The position numbers were made by a program, and so were the translations under genes. The notes beneath the pieces were generated by a model. That model did no database searches, was not told where the DNA came from, and was given only the letters and a program-made list of their open reading frames with translations. Of a DNA stretch of 64,000 nt, positions 12,337 to 24,339 are shown piece after piece (positions within the stretch are counted from its first letter, which is position 1; every line of letters begins with the position of its first letter). Source of the DNA: Perkinsus chesapeaki ATCC PRA-425. Lineage: Eukaryota; Protista; Perkinsozoa. Location: positions 1-64,000 of the forward strand of contig JAAPAO010000102.1 of NCBI GenBank assembly GCA_013115145.1. Direction: 5' to 3'.

Positions 12337-13162
12337 ATGGAGGGTGGCGAAGCCGAAGGACAAAGAATGGCCGCGCTGACTGAAGGAATCCAACAATTGA
12401 AAATGTTGACTGTTTAACTCAAACCTGGATCAGTCATAACGACACCAAGCGAGGTAACACCACTTTAGTTGTCGATGAAGTTGAAGGTTTCGATAGCAGA
12501 ATAGCACTCGATAAGAATCAACCACGAGATTCCGAAAAGACCGGTGAGCGACTATAGGGGGGCCGTAGGGGGGGAATACCAGCAGAAGCAGGAACATAAC
12601 GGTGTACACCGGAAAACGTGCCCTGGAGGTCGACAAGTCTGATCGCATTCGACGAACTGATGCGTCTCGGCTATAAGAGTAGGTGATCAATCTTTTGTGT
12701 GTAATACCGCTAACTTCTGTCCCCACTGAGGTAGACTGTACCCTAATTAGGGCAGTTGAAGTAGCCGTCAAACCGGTAATAGGCTGACAATACGGAGCTA
12801 TCAGAACATGTAGGAAAAAAACTGACCAGACGAACCAAAGTGAGGAGCACAGAGAATCATGCTATTAAGAAAAAGGGTGGCGCAAACTCTCTCTCAGGAC
12901 ACTTTCAACACAATCCAACAATAGCCAACACTAACGATCGTTGTATAAAGCAGTAAGTGCTGCACTTTTCCCATTCCGTAATAGCACCTGCATCGGGCCG
13001 TCCCGATGATTTGACGTTAATTGGTCTTTCTGAGGAGGAGAAGGACAGCGATCTCAGCAGTCACTCCTCCCAGAAGCCCCGCAGAGGCAAGGCGTGATGT
13101 GAAGTAAATGCGAGAACACACATAGAAAGAAACAGAGTCGTCGAAAAGCCTATCTCAGAAGC

Positions 13163-15678
13163 CTACTTAGACCGAGCCTTCTTTTTCTTGTCATCTTGCT
13201 CTGTCGTCTGCTTTGATGATATCCAACCACGCTTGATTGCTAGCTTCAATGCTAGACCAACGAGTATAAACGCCACGGCAAATAGTTGGAACTGGGTGAT
13301 ATAAATGTTATCTAACCTCTCGTGGCCTCGATACCTCTCTACGAAAAATCTGACAAAGAACCACGGTGATGTCTGCTCACGCATCCTATCAAATTGCGGA
13401 GAACTTCCTTCCGGAGCTAGATTTACTTAGAGCAATTTGGAGACACCGCAAAGAACGCGACGGTCACCTGCAGTAGATACTATCTCCCGAGCAAAGCACA
13501 CGAGCGCTTCGCAGGAGTGCTAGCACTCGAATGACATTATGCTGCAGCGTTATTTGGTTATATATGTACGCCACGCACTTCTCCTTTACTCTCGCCTCGT
13601 GCGTTCTGTACGGTTTGCTAGTAGTCGTATGTTGACTGCCCGCCACCAACAAGAAAAGGAAAACCAAATGTGTCAAAGGTTTAAAATTCACACATCGCAT
13701 TATATTTGCACCGTTACCGGCCCACTTGTGGTCCAAGGTGTCCACAACCGCGGAAAATATCTCGAATAGGCAATTTCGTCGACATCCAAAGAGCCAAACT
13801 CGAGTCGTTCGCCCCTTCCACGAGAATCAAGAAGCTAACAACTAAGTGTCCCATACACACAGCTGAGGCATAGGCTACTTCTAGAAAAGTTACAAAGTAC
13901 AGCAGTACGGCTATGAACGACGCTGAATTATTTATCCGTTGTGGACGCGTGAGAAATCTTACCTTGTAGAACCCAAAAGGATGAAAAAATCTGACACTAG
14001 TGCCAGCGGAACCGATTCCACTTTCTTCCTTCTGTACCATAAAATCAAGCCACAGCTGCCAGAGGTAATCATTTCGTACAACGGCGCTGGATGTACCGCT
14101 GAAGGAGATGTTCATGAGCAACTCATTTACGAAACAGACTTACGAGTGTTAGTTGGAGCGAGGCCGTTAGGAAAGCTCATAGCCCACGGTACATCAGTAG
14201 GGTAACCATAACAACCATCACCCGAAATAAAACAACCAACTTTGCCTGATATGGAAATGAAGGATGACGACAACAGAAGGACATTACCGATTGCATGGCC
14301 GATGAGGAGGAGGGGAGCTAATGTATCCAACATTCGGCCGATTGATTCCCGACAGCAAAGCTTTGTGTATCTTGAAGACAGACCTACCATTCGACTTAAT
14401 TCCACCACCAGAATCACCCCGTGGTCCCGACTATCCCTCCGACTAGTCCACCTTGAAAGGAGTGTCCTGAATATCGATATCAAACATCTAGATTTCAGCA
14501 GGTTCTCACCTGTTGACATATCCCAGAAGGATACGTTACTTGAATCATTCCATGTAAGCATAAAATGAAAGCGTGAGCCGAGGATACCACCGATCATAGC
14601 ACACATTAGAAGGACTGTCGAATCAATCTAAAAGAGTAAAAGTCGGCGATCCATGAATTCGTCTATTCTACCTTCAATCCTTTCCTCTTTAGTTCCCCAT
14701 CCCCCAACAGCAATGCTGACATGAACGACAAGGCCATACAGAGACCATAGCCGTACACAGGACGTCCTGAGGATTATACATGTGGAAAAGATGGTAGTTA
14801 CGTGGAACGAGAGCACGAAGATATACTTTCCTATTAGTTCAATAGGCAGCTAACAAAATCTGGGACGTCCCCCAAAAACGAGTTTTTGAATGAAGGTGGA
14901 ATGACGTAGGAGCTAATACCGGCTGAATGAAACAGCCTGTCTCACACTTGTCGATCGACCCTTGCGCAAGTTTCGATGGCACCGAAGCGTTTTGCCGTAA
15001 ACAGAAAATACTGATCGGTATCCCTGCCAATAGAACATGATGTGAGTGGGAATGGGAGGTAGTTCAGAAATGGCATTCGGCATTTTCGCCAAGTTTCAGA
15101 TGTAAACGTTATGATAAACTTTATATAACGTTAAGCATATGAAGCAGCATTTTCTTGAACTTGAGACTTCTCATCCTCGCAGTTACACTGCTCCACCCAT
15201 TCTTATCATAAATGGTGTTATGCGCATAACTCGAGTTCAGAGGCAAATCAAGTCCTGATTTTCGAGTATTATACTATCCTTAGCCCTGCAGATGTTATAG
15301 CAATGGTATTTAATGTCGATTCCAGCCCAACCCTGAGAACTGAACACAGCGCGCCCAAACATCTCCACAACTTCTTATCATAGAATCTACAGCATATATT
15401 CCGAATCCCGGTGTTGATTCTCAAGTCACGTGGTCAGTTTGTTCTATACATTCCAGTAGTGCGTGTTAGCAATTGCATTAGATATATAAAAACGTAAATA
15501 CTCATCACTGAGTGGAAAATCGAAATAATATTTCACTTCATTGCGCCGGGCTGTACAGCCACGAGCATTAAGCCATTCCAACACTAACGAACCGCGGCAA
15601 CGCCTGCTAGTTGGTCCCTGTCAGCTCACCGAATATAGTAAAGAGAACAGGCCTTGCAAAGTCCACAACAATAGCCAT
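13163..15678 (-). CDS. lgt: Lgt-like, copy 4 (multi-exon)
   Basis: Exon 1 MAIVVDFARPVLFTIFG (ATG at 15678); core nearly identical to copy 2; last exon RFFVERYR ... KKKKARSK*. Confidence 0.85.
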
Positions 15679-15799
15679 GGTGGAGCCCAGTAAAGCTGTG
15701 CAAGGGTAGGATATACTACCACCGAATTCAATCATTCTAACTTCAACTCAATTCAAGAAGATAGGATGACATCCAACGCATGGTAATCATACAAAAAAC

Positions 15800-16780
15800 C
15801 GCGCGCCACAAATCTCATTCAGGAAGACATGCAGCACTGCAAAGGAGCGAACCAATATCCAGCCTCAAGTCGATGCCTTCTGGGCGTCGCCGGCTCACTC
15901 ATCTGCAAAAAGATAATCTGATTCAGCCAACTTTCTCCTGTTTGTACCAGGCCATCCATATCTCCAGCAGATGCCATCGGCTGAACCGGCTTTCTATACC
16001 CTCTCGTTGGCGACGGTCCGGCTATGCTCGCCTGGCAAAACCTTCTAACCCACGGGATCTCACAGCTATTCTATTCCCACTACAAAACATTATCAACTCT
16101 CAAAACTTCGAACGTTAGAATTTGAAGAATAGTAAATTCACGAAACGGGCCCATCCTAACCAGCACCACCCAGCCCGATTCCTTGCTCACCTGCGGAGCC
16201 TTCAGCTCCCATTCATTAGTACTTCCGTATCCGTCGCGTTCAAGGGCCTGAGAGTGGCGAGTTACAGGAAGCCGCCACCCGAACTGCAACCCACATGATT
16301 GAGCTCGTCCAACTTGAAGTCATCAAGGGTCCCCTCCGGAACAAGCAACTGCCCCTACAGGCGATCAACTAAATGTCACAGTATACCACCAACCTCACTT
16401 GTGTAGCGCGAAACTCAGCCAGAAGATCTTTCTCCTCGACCATCATGGTCTGAGCAGTAAAGTTAACCTGTGTATCAAACTCCGGTCAACTCCCACCTTA
16501 GGCGTAGGCAGCCCAAGAGCCTCAAACACCGGCCCCGCTTCCTTTGAATAAACGACTGGCTCTTTCGCAGAGTTCTTCCGCCACAGACCGCCCCGTACAG
16601 TCGGCAGGGCCAGGCAGCTGCCAAAAGATGGGAAGGATGTCAGCAAAATGCAGCTACCGATGGCACGTCCTCAGTAGAGCTTCGTCCGAGTCTAAGCTCG
16701 CCAGACTGTCGGACCTGAAAATTTTCAAAGTGTTATCGCGCTCGTGTGTATCATGTTTCCATAAAAATCGCCAAAATCTC
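15800..16780 (-). CDS. Intron-rich hypothetical protein
   Basis: Short in-frame exons with GT-AG boundaries: CLALPTVRGGLWRKNSAKEPVVYSKEAGPVFEALGLPTPK / VNFTAQTMMVEEKDLLAEFRATQ / GQLLVPEGTLDDFKLDELNH / ALERDGYGSTNEWELKAPQ. The ends are uncertain. Confidence 0.45.
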
Positions 16781-16957
16781 CACACACTAGAGGCTGCTCT
16801 GATTTAAAAGCCGAGACGCTCTCCACGCCCCTGCAGCGGGAGGCGAAAAGCCTCACATCTACAGCCTCCAAGAGCTATTCGCAAAGCGCTACCAAAAGAT
16901 GTATGTTCGAAGATGCAGATATCGGTATCGATTATGGACGAAGCCTTCGGTTTATGT

Positions 16958-19777
16958 TTACTGTGACGTTAGGTGGGTTATCGGGTAGAATTGTTGAATG
17001 TCTTCTTTGTTACCACCATATCTCTGCTCTAGCTGATCAGGACAGAAATACCTGGCAAAGTGATGATGCAAGTAGGAGAGCCCTGGACGAGGAGGATATA
17101 AAAAAACCAACCGTGGCTCAGGGCTTGACAACTTTGATGGCTGGAAAACGTGGAAACAAGCTCTTTTTCGACGAACAAAGAAGAATGGCTGGAGCGAGTT
17201 CAGTGGTAGAATGGGAGCACTAGACCCGTAATCGAAGAACAGACCGCCCAGCACGCCTTTAAAATGAATGACAAGAATAATGACAAAGAATATCAACAAA
17301 ACAAGAAGCACAAAGAAGGCCTCGTGCGGAAAGTACGAAAGAAAAAGCCACGGTAACAGAACGATGATGTACATATCTGATTGATAAATGAGACCAACCT
17401 ACTTCGCCAGATCTTCGTGTAAATCCGTGACCACATGGTTCTTCTGCAACTGCCTCTCAGTCATCAGTTTTCTCGCTACGTTCCAAACTACATTCTTCAA
17501 GAAGGATGGTAAATTAACAAGATAAATGGCAGCCATTCGACCCATATAATGATGGGCTAGAACCTCACAGAAACTGCGTAACCATACCACCCAGTGTTGG
17601 AATATATGTATGTACTCGCCTGCATCAGTTGGCGAATAAAGAGAAAGGCTTGAGGGAATTTAACAACATTCTTTTCGACCGTTGCAACTACCAGAATATA
17701 TTACCCATAACGGAGCCACACATTACTTCTTACAATGTGCTATACTATAGCTATACATAGGTTATATATCTTATATAGCCTATATTACTAAATGGGAAGA
17801 GAGTATATTGCCAAGGGAGTTTTACAGAAATCAATCGACAAAGATGGCGAGTATCCCAATACTGATCCCGAGAATTGTCAGACTATGATTTATTGTATCT
17901 GCCAGCTTGCTCTTTTCTACCATTTTCTTCTCACTACTACTGTATACACCGAGGATTGTTCACAGCTGCTTACTTTATAGAGGGCGTAAGCCGTTGAGAA
18001 TGGCACGTCAAATCCAAGGCCACTAAAGTCTGCAATTACTACTATGGATTCTACTTTACTCGGCAGCAACATGTACCTAACCAGTGCATGGCATTTGGGG
18101 ACAGAAATTGTGTCCAAGTTACCGAGTGATGAACTCGAGGATGAAAACGCTTGTACGAATAGCTCTCTCTTTGGAGACTCGGGCTTTCACTAAAAGGCTC
18201 GGCCGCACCACTAGGCAGGGTCGCAATTGCTTATCGCGGCCACACACATACACAAATCCCTAAACACAAAAGGGCTGGGCCGAGAATCGAACTCGGGACC
18301 TCTCGCACCCAAAGCGAGAATCATACCACTAGACCACACAGCCGATACGAGAACCGTTATATAGAAAGCTACTCCTTATTATTGTCAAACTAACGTTTAA
18401 CCAATCCTCACCGCATTCAACTCTCGTAACAAATCCGTATCTCCCACTGGCTGTTTGAAATACTCCAATCCTACCAATGACACCACTTCTATCACTACTA
18501 GCTCAGTCTCTCACTCCATTCTTGAGTTTCAATCAGTTCCCTCGCCGCCCGATCAACATTAAAGCGGGCATGATACAAGTACCTTTCACAGATGCCGATC
18601 ATGACGGATAAGTCTCATACTAGCAATCGAATTAATCGGGATTCTGCTCAAAAGAGCTGCATTGAACATCCTATATACCCGCTACAGTTGAGATGAGGTT
18701 CGTCCAACCATATCGCCCGGACGTTCTCAATACTATCATCTCAGCCATGCGTCTCACATAGTGGAGCAAGCCCCCGACCTCCGGTCGATTAACTAAGTTT
18801 ATCATTGGATGCTATCACTGCAGGCTGAAAAGCTCTTACCATCACCGCCAGTGGTGGTAACAGATTTTCCAGTGGTCCATCGGTGGGGTTTGATGGGGCC
18901 AAAGCGGGCCAAAATTATTACAATAATAATATATAATATATTTTAATATACCTATAATATTACCCCGCAAAGAAATAGTTGAGATTCACAACATATACGT
19001 CACACCTTTCCGCACGTTTTTACCAGAGTTCCCGTTCGCCCAATAGTTCAGTACCCAACTCACAGCTATCATTATGACTAATACGCATTATACTCATAAC
19101 CTCACGAATCGGACGGCCTACCCAAAGTACTACCGTAAAATCCTGGGCTCCAACTGTCTGGCCAGCGTTACTCCTCGTGCAGCCAGCACTCTGTACACTT
19201 CTTCGATGGCTTCCAGTTCATGGGGCATGAGATCTACCTGATACCCATCATGGAGGGGTGAGGATCCAATTATGGAATCTATGGTCATCGAAAGAGAAAC
19301 AAATCCATTTACGATGATAATAGTTTCATTTATATCCACTGAAGCTCAATTGCTGGACATCCAAACCAGCTGAGGGATTTCCGGAGTAACTTGTCCCCTT
19401 CAGTTGGCTGCTTACCACCATCAGTTGACAACTTTCTTGCTTTAAGTGCCAACTTGGCACTTGCAGCAAGTGAAAGCAAGTGTTTCACACTTTCCTAGAA
19501 TAACTCGAATTCTGCCCTCATCAGTTATGCGTAGTACAGACTACCAGCCATGATGGATCCAAGCACTTGCAGGGTTTAGAGTTTGTATGGTTCAGCTATA
19601 CAAACCCGAAACCCCACATTGCTGCCATTCGCCACGCACTACTACATTGAGGAATATTCTCCTTTCATAATCCCCATTAGTAAACCTCGAGAACATGTCC
19701 GCATCTTCCAGCTCTCGCAGGAGCACTTCCGGTGGCAGTGTGTAGTCCCCTATGGCGGAGTCCACCGCAATGCTCAT
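16958..19777 (-). CDS. CRAL-TRIO / Sec14-like lipid-binding protein
   Basis: Phase-compatible exons give ERRIFLN|VDLMPHELEA..PRILR|YLYHARFNVDRAARELIETQEWR..|GFVYVCGRDKQLRPCLVVRP..|VESIVVIADFSGLG..|HHYMGRMAAIYLVNLP..|YFCPDQLEQRYGG. Confidence 0.85.
18272..18343 (-). tRNA. trnP: tRNA-Pro(TGG), inside a CRAL-TRIO intron
   Basis: GGCTGTGTGGTCTAGTGGTATGATTCTCGCTTTGGGTGCGAGAGGTCCCGAGTTCGATTCTCGGCCCAGCCC folds into a cloverleaf with one 6:67 mismatch and is followed by TTTT. Confidence 0.92.
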
Positions 19778-19934
19778 ACAGCAAACACAATCACTGTCCC
19801 CCCAACCTCATTATTAAGAACTCCAGCCATTAACACTTATACGGGAAACAAACTCGATTGCGGTATTTTATGGTAACCAACTATTATGAATGAATAAAGC
19901 ACAGAGAATAGAAACAGCTTCGCACGGCCAGCGC

Positions 19935-20400
19935 CTAGTACGCCGCCGGGGACCCTCGGATCAAGCTCTTCTCTTTGCGGTCTTTGCGCCCCTTAATCCA
20001 TCCAAAGAAGAATATGAGACCGGTCCCGACGGGGAAAACCCATTTCCAATTATCAGAGGAATAGTCATCGATGGTCGGACCGCCAGTCGGATTAGCCCAG
20101 GCTGACACGAACGATCCATCTTCACGCGCCACGAAATTGCCCATTATTACTGATAGGATTTCCCAGCTCCTTAGACTTGCTGTATTCCTGATGCGTTTGC
20201 TCTCCCTCCCCTCCAGCGTGGCTTTCCTCTTGATGAGCCTCGTCCGCAGTAGCCGTCGTACTGAACCCCCGTCCCGCAGGCACACGGAACGTCGGGGCTG
20301 CCATCGCCGTCGAGAGACGGATAAGTGCTGGGCGAGCCATGGCAGGGCCGAACCGGGTGAGGAGAGTCGAGCCACTGTAGAGCACGCGAGTCGATAACAT
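19935..20400 (-). CDS. Small putative mitochondrion-targeted single-pass membrane protein (2 exons)
   Basis: Arg/Ser/Ala-rich presequence-like N-terminus (MLSTRVLYSGSTLLTRFGPAMARPALIRLS...RGFSTT), a 49-nt intron, then WANPTGGPTIDDYSSDNWKWVFPVGTGLIFFFGWIKGRKDRK. Confidence 0.65.
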
Positions 20401-20519
20401 ATGAATGGCAATCCTAGCTTGGCTGACCAGTAATTTCATGGCGCAGTGACGCAACAGACGCTCGTTAGCCTCACAGAAAAATGTCCTATCAGCGAAAACG
20501 CACGTCACATTCTCTCTTC

Positions 20520-21849
20520 CTAATGCTTTGCCTCCGTCGGATCGATAGTGGCGATCTTGTACATCTTGTCCGGCAGCTGTGATGGCATCATCTGCTTGCT
20601 GACGTAGGGGTACTGCACTCCAGGATAGTTCTGGATGACCCAGTTCTCTCTGAGCTTCCACAGCTGATCTTTGGCCTCATTGATGGTGTAGGGATGGTCG
20701 AATCCTCTGTAGAAATAACGGATCTAACAGCACCGAAAATACATATGCAAGAAAATGCGATTATTCCATCAAAAGCGATGCAGCAATACATCCATTACGA
20801 ATGCATTGAGTCAGAAAATCCTGTTGGTTGCTTAGGATATCACTAGTACAAGGAGACAATCCAATAATAACATTATATTGAAGGAATGATAGCAACCACA
20901 TTGCTCAATGATGTCGCAGTGGAACCAAAATATCCTATAAAGACCTTCTACGCGCTGTATTTAATAATATATTATTTTTACCACTACTTATACCACGACC
21001 ATATACACAGGGCATTCATGTCACTGTACTCCAAGATCAATGGAAAAATCAAATACAAGTTATTATCACTATATATACAATCTACAATTTAATATACGTT
21101 ATTATATACAACATACCCATACAATATAAATCAATTAACTGCCATCACCACAAAAGGTCGCTAGCCCATCTCCTCTCATTAAGTACCTTAGCCTGCTCCT
21201 GAGCAATCTTATACGCTGGCCTGCTACCAGGATTATGGTAAGCAGATTGCAGACGAAACTTAGCACCGTTCATGTAGTACCTTACACAAATCCAAGTGTT
21301 ACTATCCCAGTAAAGGTAAATATTACTTATCCCTTCGTTCAACAGGAGCGGTATCGAACCAGCCAGTCCACCAGAAGAATGCCATAGAAAACAGAAGGCC
21401 GGCGTGATGCACGGAGAAGAAGTGCTCTCTGAGAGAAAGAAAACAAATACGTTTATCAAGCGTCGGAGTATTTCGCAGAAAGCATGTCGAGTTTTTCGAT
21501 ACACATTTCGATCTGCATATTGGAGAAATTCTGAAAAATCCGAAGAATTGGGGCCTGTTTTCGTATCTCCAAGCAGAAGAAGATTTCTAGTCCAGTCGAA
21601 CTAGCTTTTGTTGAGCGCTGACGTAGATCGTGTAGAGTAAAGTCGTCACCTCGCCACGAATTGTTGAGTCCATATGAACTTCCAAAACGGCGCCCTTCTG
21701 AGATTAGGGATCTTGAACCCGCCATCGATTGCTCCACCTGAGATACACAGCTAGAGGTGTCAGAAAGATAATGCACTACCAGCGCCGAGTTTCATGATGA
21801 ACTCGGCCGGTTTGATGTTGCGAGCCAGGACACTGGGGGCGGAGGACAT
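20520..21849 (-). CDS. Myzozoan cytochrome c oxidase supernumerary subunit (ApiCOX-like)
   Basis: Exons give RRAPFWKFIWTQQFVAR / EHFFSVHHAGLLFSMAFFWWTGWFDTAPVERRDK / YYMNGAKFRLQSAYHNPGSRPAYKIAQEQAK / IRYFYRGFDHPYTINEAKDQLWKLRENWVIQNYPGVQYP. This resembles apicomplexan ApiCOX subunits from memory; the exact subunit was not verified. Confidence 0.6.
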
Positions 21850-21973
21850 CAGAGAAAAATGAGTAGCGACTGCACACCGAGGAAAAATCTAAAGGATCTC
21901 CCGGCAAACGTTAATTTTCCAGCCATAAAACTTTGAAACAGTTTTCCTTGGTAAAGAGAACGGTAGCATTATT

Positions 21974-23277
21974 TTACACTTGCACTAGATGAGGAGGCTC
22001 CTCCGTGTCGGAGACAGAAGCGGCCTTTTTCCGCCCGGCTTTCCCTTTATTTTTCCGCTTTTCCTTCTGCTGTTTCTTCAACTCCTTCTTGCTCAATTTC
22101 GGAGCATCAACCTCGGATACTTCTGTGGAACAAAACTTTTCTCTCACCTGAGCTGCATTGCAAACTATCCACCCGACCGTCTTCACTTACCTCCGCGAGA
22201 GTCCGGTCCTCCCGGTCTGCCCAAACAACCGAGTTGTAGTGTTCTCCGTCATGGTATGATAGAATGATACACTGAGTCACCTCGGGATCGACCTCTTTTG
22301 CCTTTATTTCGTAATGAACCTACCAGAACATCGACGACCCTAGGGACACTATTTAAAATGGTTTACACCTTCCGCTCGGATGACTAGCGCTGCGACATCA
22401 TAGGCACCACAGAGAGCAGTGAGTTCGACCTGAGCAAGCGACTTGGCATCAATTGAGAAAATCTGGTGGGGAAATTGCCATGATTTTTATCCGAAAAATG
22501 GTAAATAAATTTCACAGAAACTACATTAAAAATATTTCCGTATCGAGGAAAACGAGTAACAACGGCGAGTGAGTACCGAGCAGAGATCCTACCTGCCCTC
22601 CCCATGTGCCAGATCTCCGCATGTTACCAACGTAATCGCTGTAGTGTTCAAAGCCCTCCTCAGAAAGATCGACAAAATCACCAAACCTGCTGGGGACTAT
22701 GGAATAGTTAGAGCTCATTGGCCTACACGTCTTCGTGGGACTCAAGCCAATCACAACAGGCTTGTCGATATTCATCGTGGAAAGTCTCGACGCCTTTCAA
22801 TTGTAAGGCAAAACTGCGGAAGAGGCAGTTGCCGTCAGGGAGGGCCTGAGGACGGGAAAAGCCGACAGAGGTAACTATACCGATAAGTTCAGTGTGAATA
22901 CTGGAGGGATTGCTGGTAACCGAAACCAGAAAATCAATGAATTTCTGTATCATTTCATTTCTATTGAGAAACGAAATTATTTTGACCAGGAAGATTGAAT
23001 AACTGGGATACGTTCAGAAATTTATTAAAAACCCGTTACGGACATCTACACGAAAGCTCTGGTAATCACCTGCCAGTTGGCAACTCGAGACTGGAGTCTC
23101 AATGTGCCTCAACGAGCACAAGAATATCTTCCAACCTTCCCGGATTTCGCCTACCTCCTGGATGAGCAGGCCACGCTTCTGCAGCATCCGACGGACTTGA
23201 TTGAGGTCTTCCGGGGGCGATGATCTGTCATGCCGTTGGTGCTTCGGAGCGCCTTTCTTTTTGCTGCCTCGGGCCAT
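21974..23277 (-). CDS. OTU-family deubiquitinase (OTUD3-like)
   Basis: DGNCLFRSFALQL (catalytic Cys), YVGNMRRSGTWGGQ, LSYHDGEHYNSV (His loop) and a Lys-rich C-terminus. Confidence 0.88.
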
Positions 23278-23769
23278 ATTTTCGTGGCGCGCGGTCAATC
23301 AATTTGCTGTGACCGTTGAACAAACATAAGTGCGCAAGATTATATATCTTCCCCGAGTCTCCACGTCAGCTCGAAATCTACGGCGAGCCCGGCAACCCTT
23401 ACGCTTCGCTGACTTGGAAAGATCTAATGAGACTGAACTCAATCTCCTGGGAGTGTACTCAAATTGATTCCCAAAATTCTATAAAATTGGTTTCCGTGGG
23501 AGTATCCTGCGAATACCGCTTTCCCCTTATTTTTTGTTATCTTAACCTTGGCATATCTTTTACGTCCTCCCTCTTCACTACATTATTTTCACATGGTCAA
23601 CAGCTAACCTACCGCGTTTCCGTTAAACCTCCTCAGACGACTTTCTATGATCAACGTTCGATGAAAGATTGAAAGTTAATCTAATCAGCGCCCCTCTTCA
23701 TCAACACTCGCTCTATCAATATCTATTCAGTGTACTCGTCACTCCTTCATCAAGAAGCTGCTAAGTCTT

Positions 23770-24207
23770 GTGCCGTCCTACACTGTAGCCATACGCTCAG
23801 TATCGACCAATTTAAGCCCAGATCCCCAGCAAGGAGCTCCCTTAGCAACCTTCCATGCCGACCAAACCAGTACCATCTTTCGTTCGTTCAGGATGTTCGA
23901 AAATAGAAGGATTGAATTTGAAACGATCGATGGACGTCAAACATACTGCGATTGGGATTTCAATTATATCTCCGACCTAAGATACATCCTCTTCACACTA
24001 TCTGGTCCGTGCAGCTCATTGTTCCCGAGCTCACCGAACGAGGAAAAGGATCTTGTTCTCAACCTCGAGGAATCTAAGGCGAGCATTCAAGATCCTCCCA
24101 ACCCGATTAGGCTCACTTTTCGCGGTGGAATTGACGGTGGTATCGAGCGGTTGATGAATCTCCATATATCTGATCCTTCTCCACCGTCGCCGAGCTACTC
24201 TCTATAA
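23770..24207 (+). CDS. Hypothetical protein, paralog A of a tandem pair; no in-frame ATG found
   Basis: Open frame aligning with the next ORF: FTLSGPCSSLF..LVLNLE..LTFRGGIDGGIERL. Confidence 0.5.
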   Translation: MPSYTVAIRSVSTNLSPDPQQGAPLATFHADQTSTIFRSFRMFENRRIEFETIDGRQTYCDWDFNYISDLRYILFTLSGPCSSLFPSSPNEEKDLVLNLEESKASIQDPPNPIRLTFRGGIDGGIERLMNLHISDPSPPSPSYSL

Positions 24208-24339
24208 CTTGCTGTTGCTGTCCGGTGTATGTTGTATAGGAAAATGTAGCGTTCGTCACAAAGTGGGTTGGAGGGGGAATATAAGTTACCGATGAAAATA
24301 CTGTAAACTGAATTTGGTCAGCATAGTCACCTTCATTTC

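Noticed and set aside
3441-15678. lgt genes as bacterial contamination
   Set aside because: Each copy is split by phase-consistent GT-AG introns and is contiguous with clearly eukaryotic genes.
16290-16360. LLVPEGTLDDFKLDELNH resembling a retrotransposon integrase Zn-binding region
   Set aside because: It sits as a GT-AG-bounded exon in series with other short exons; no RT, RNase H or DDE motifs are nearby.
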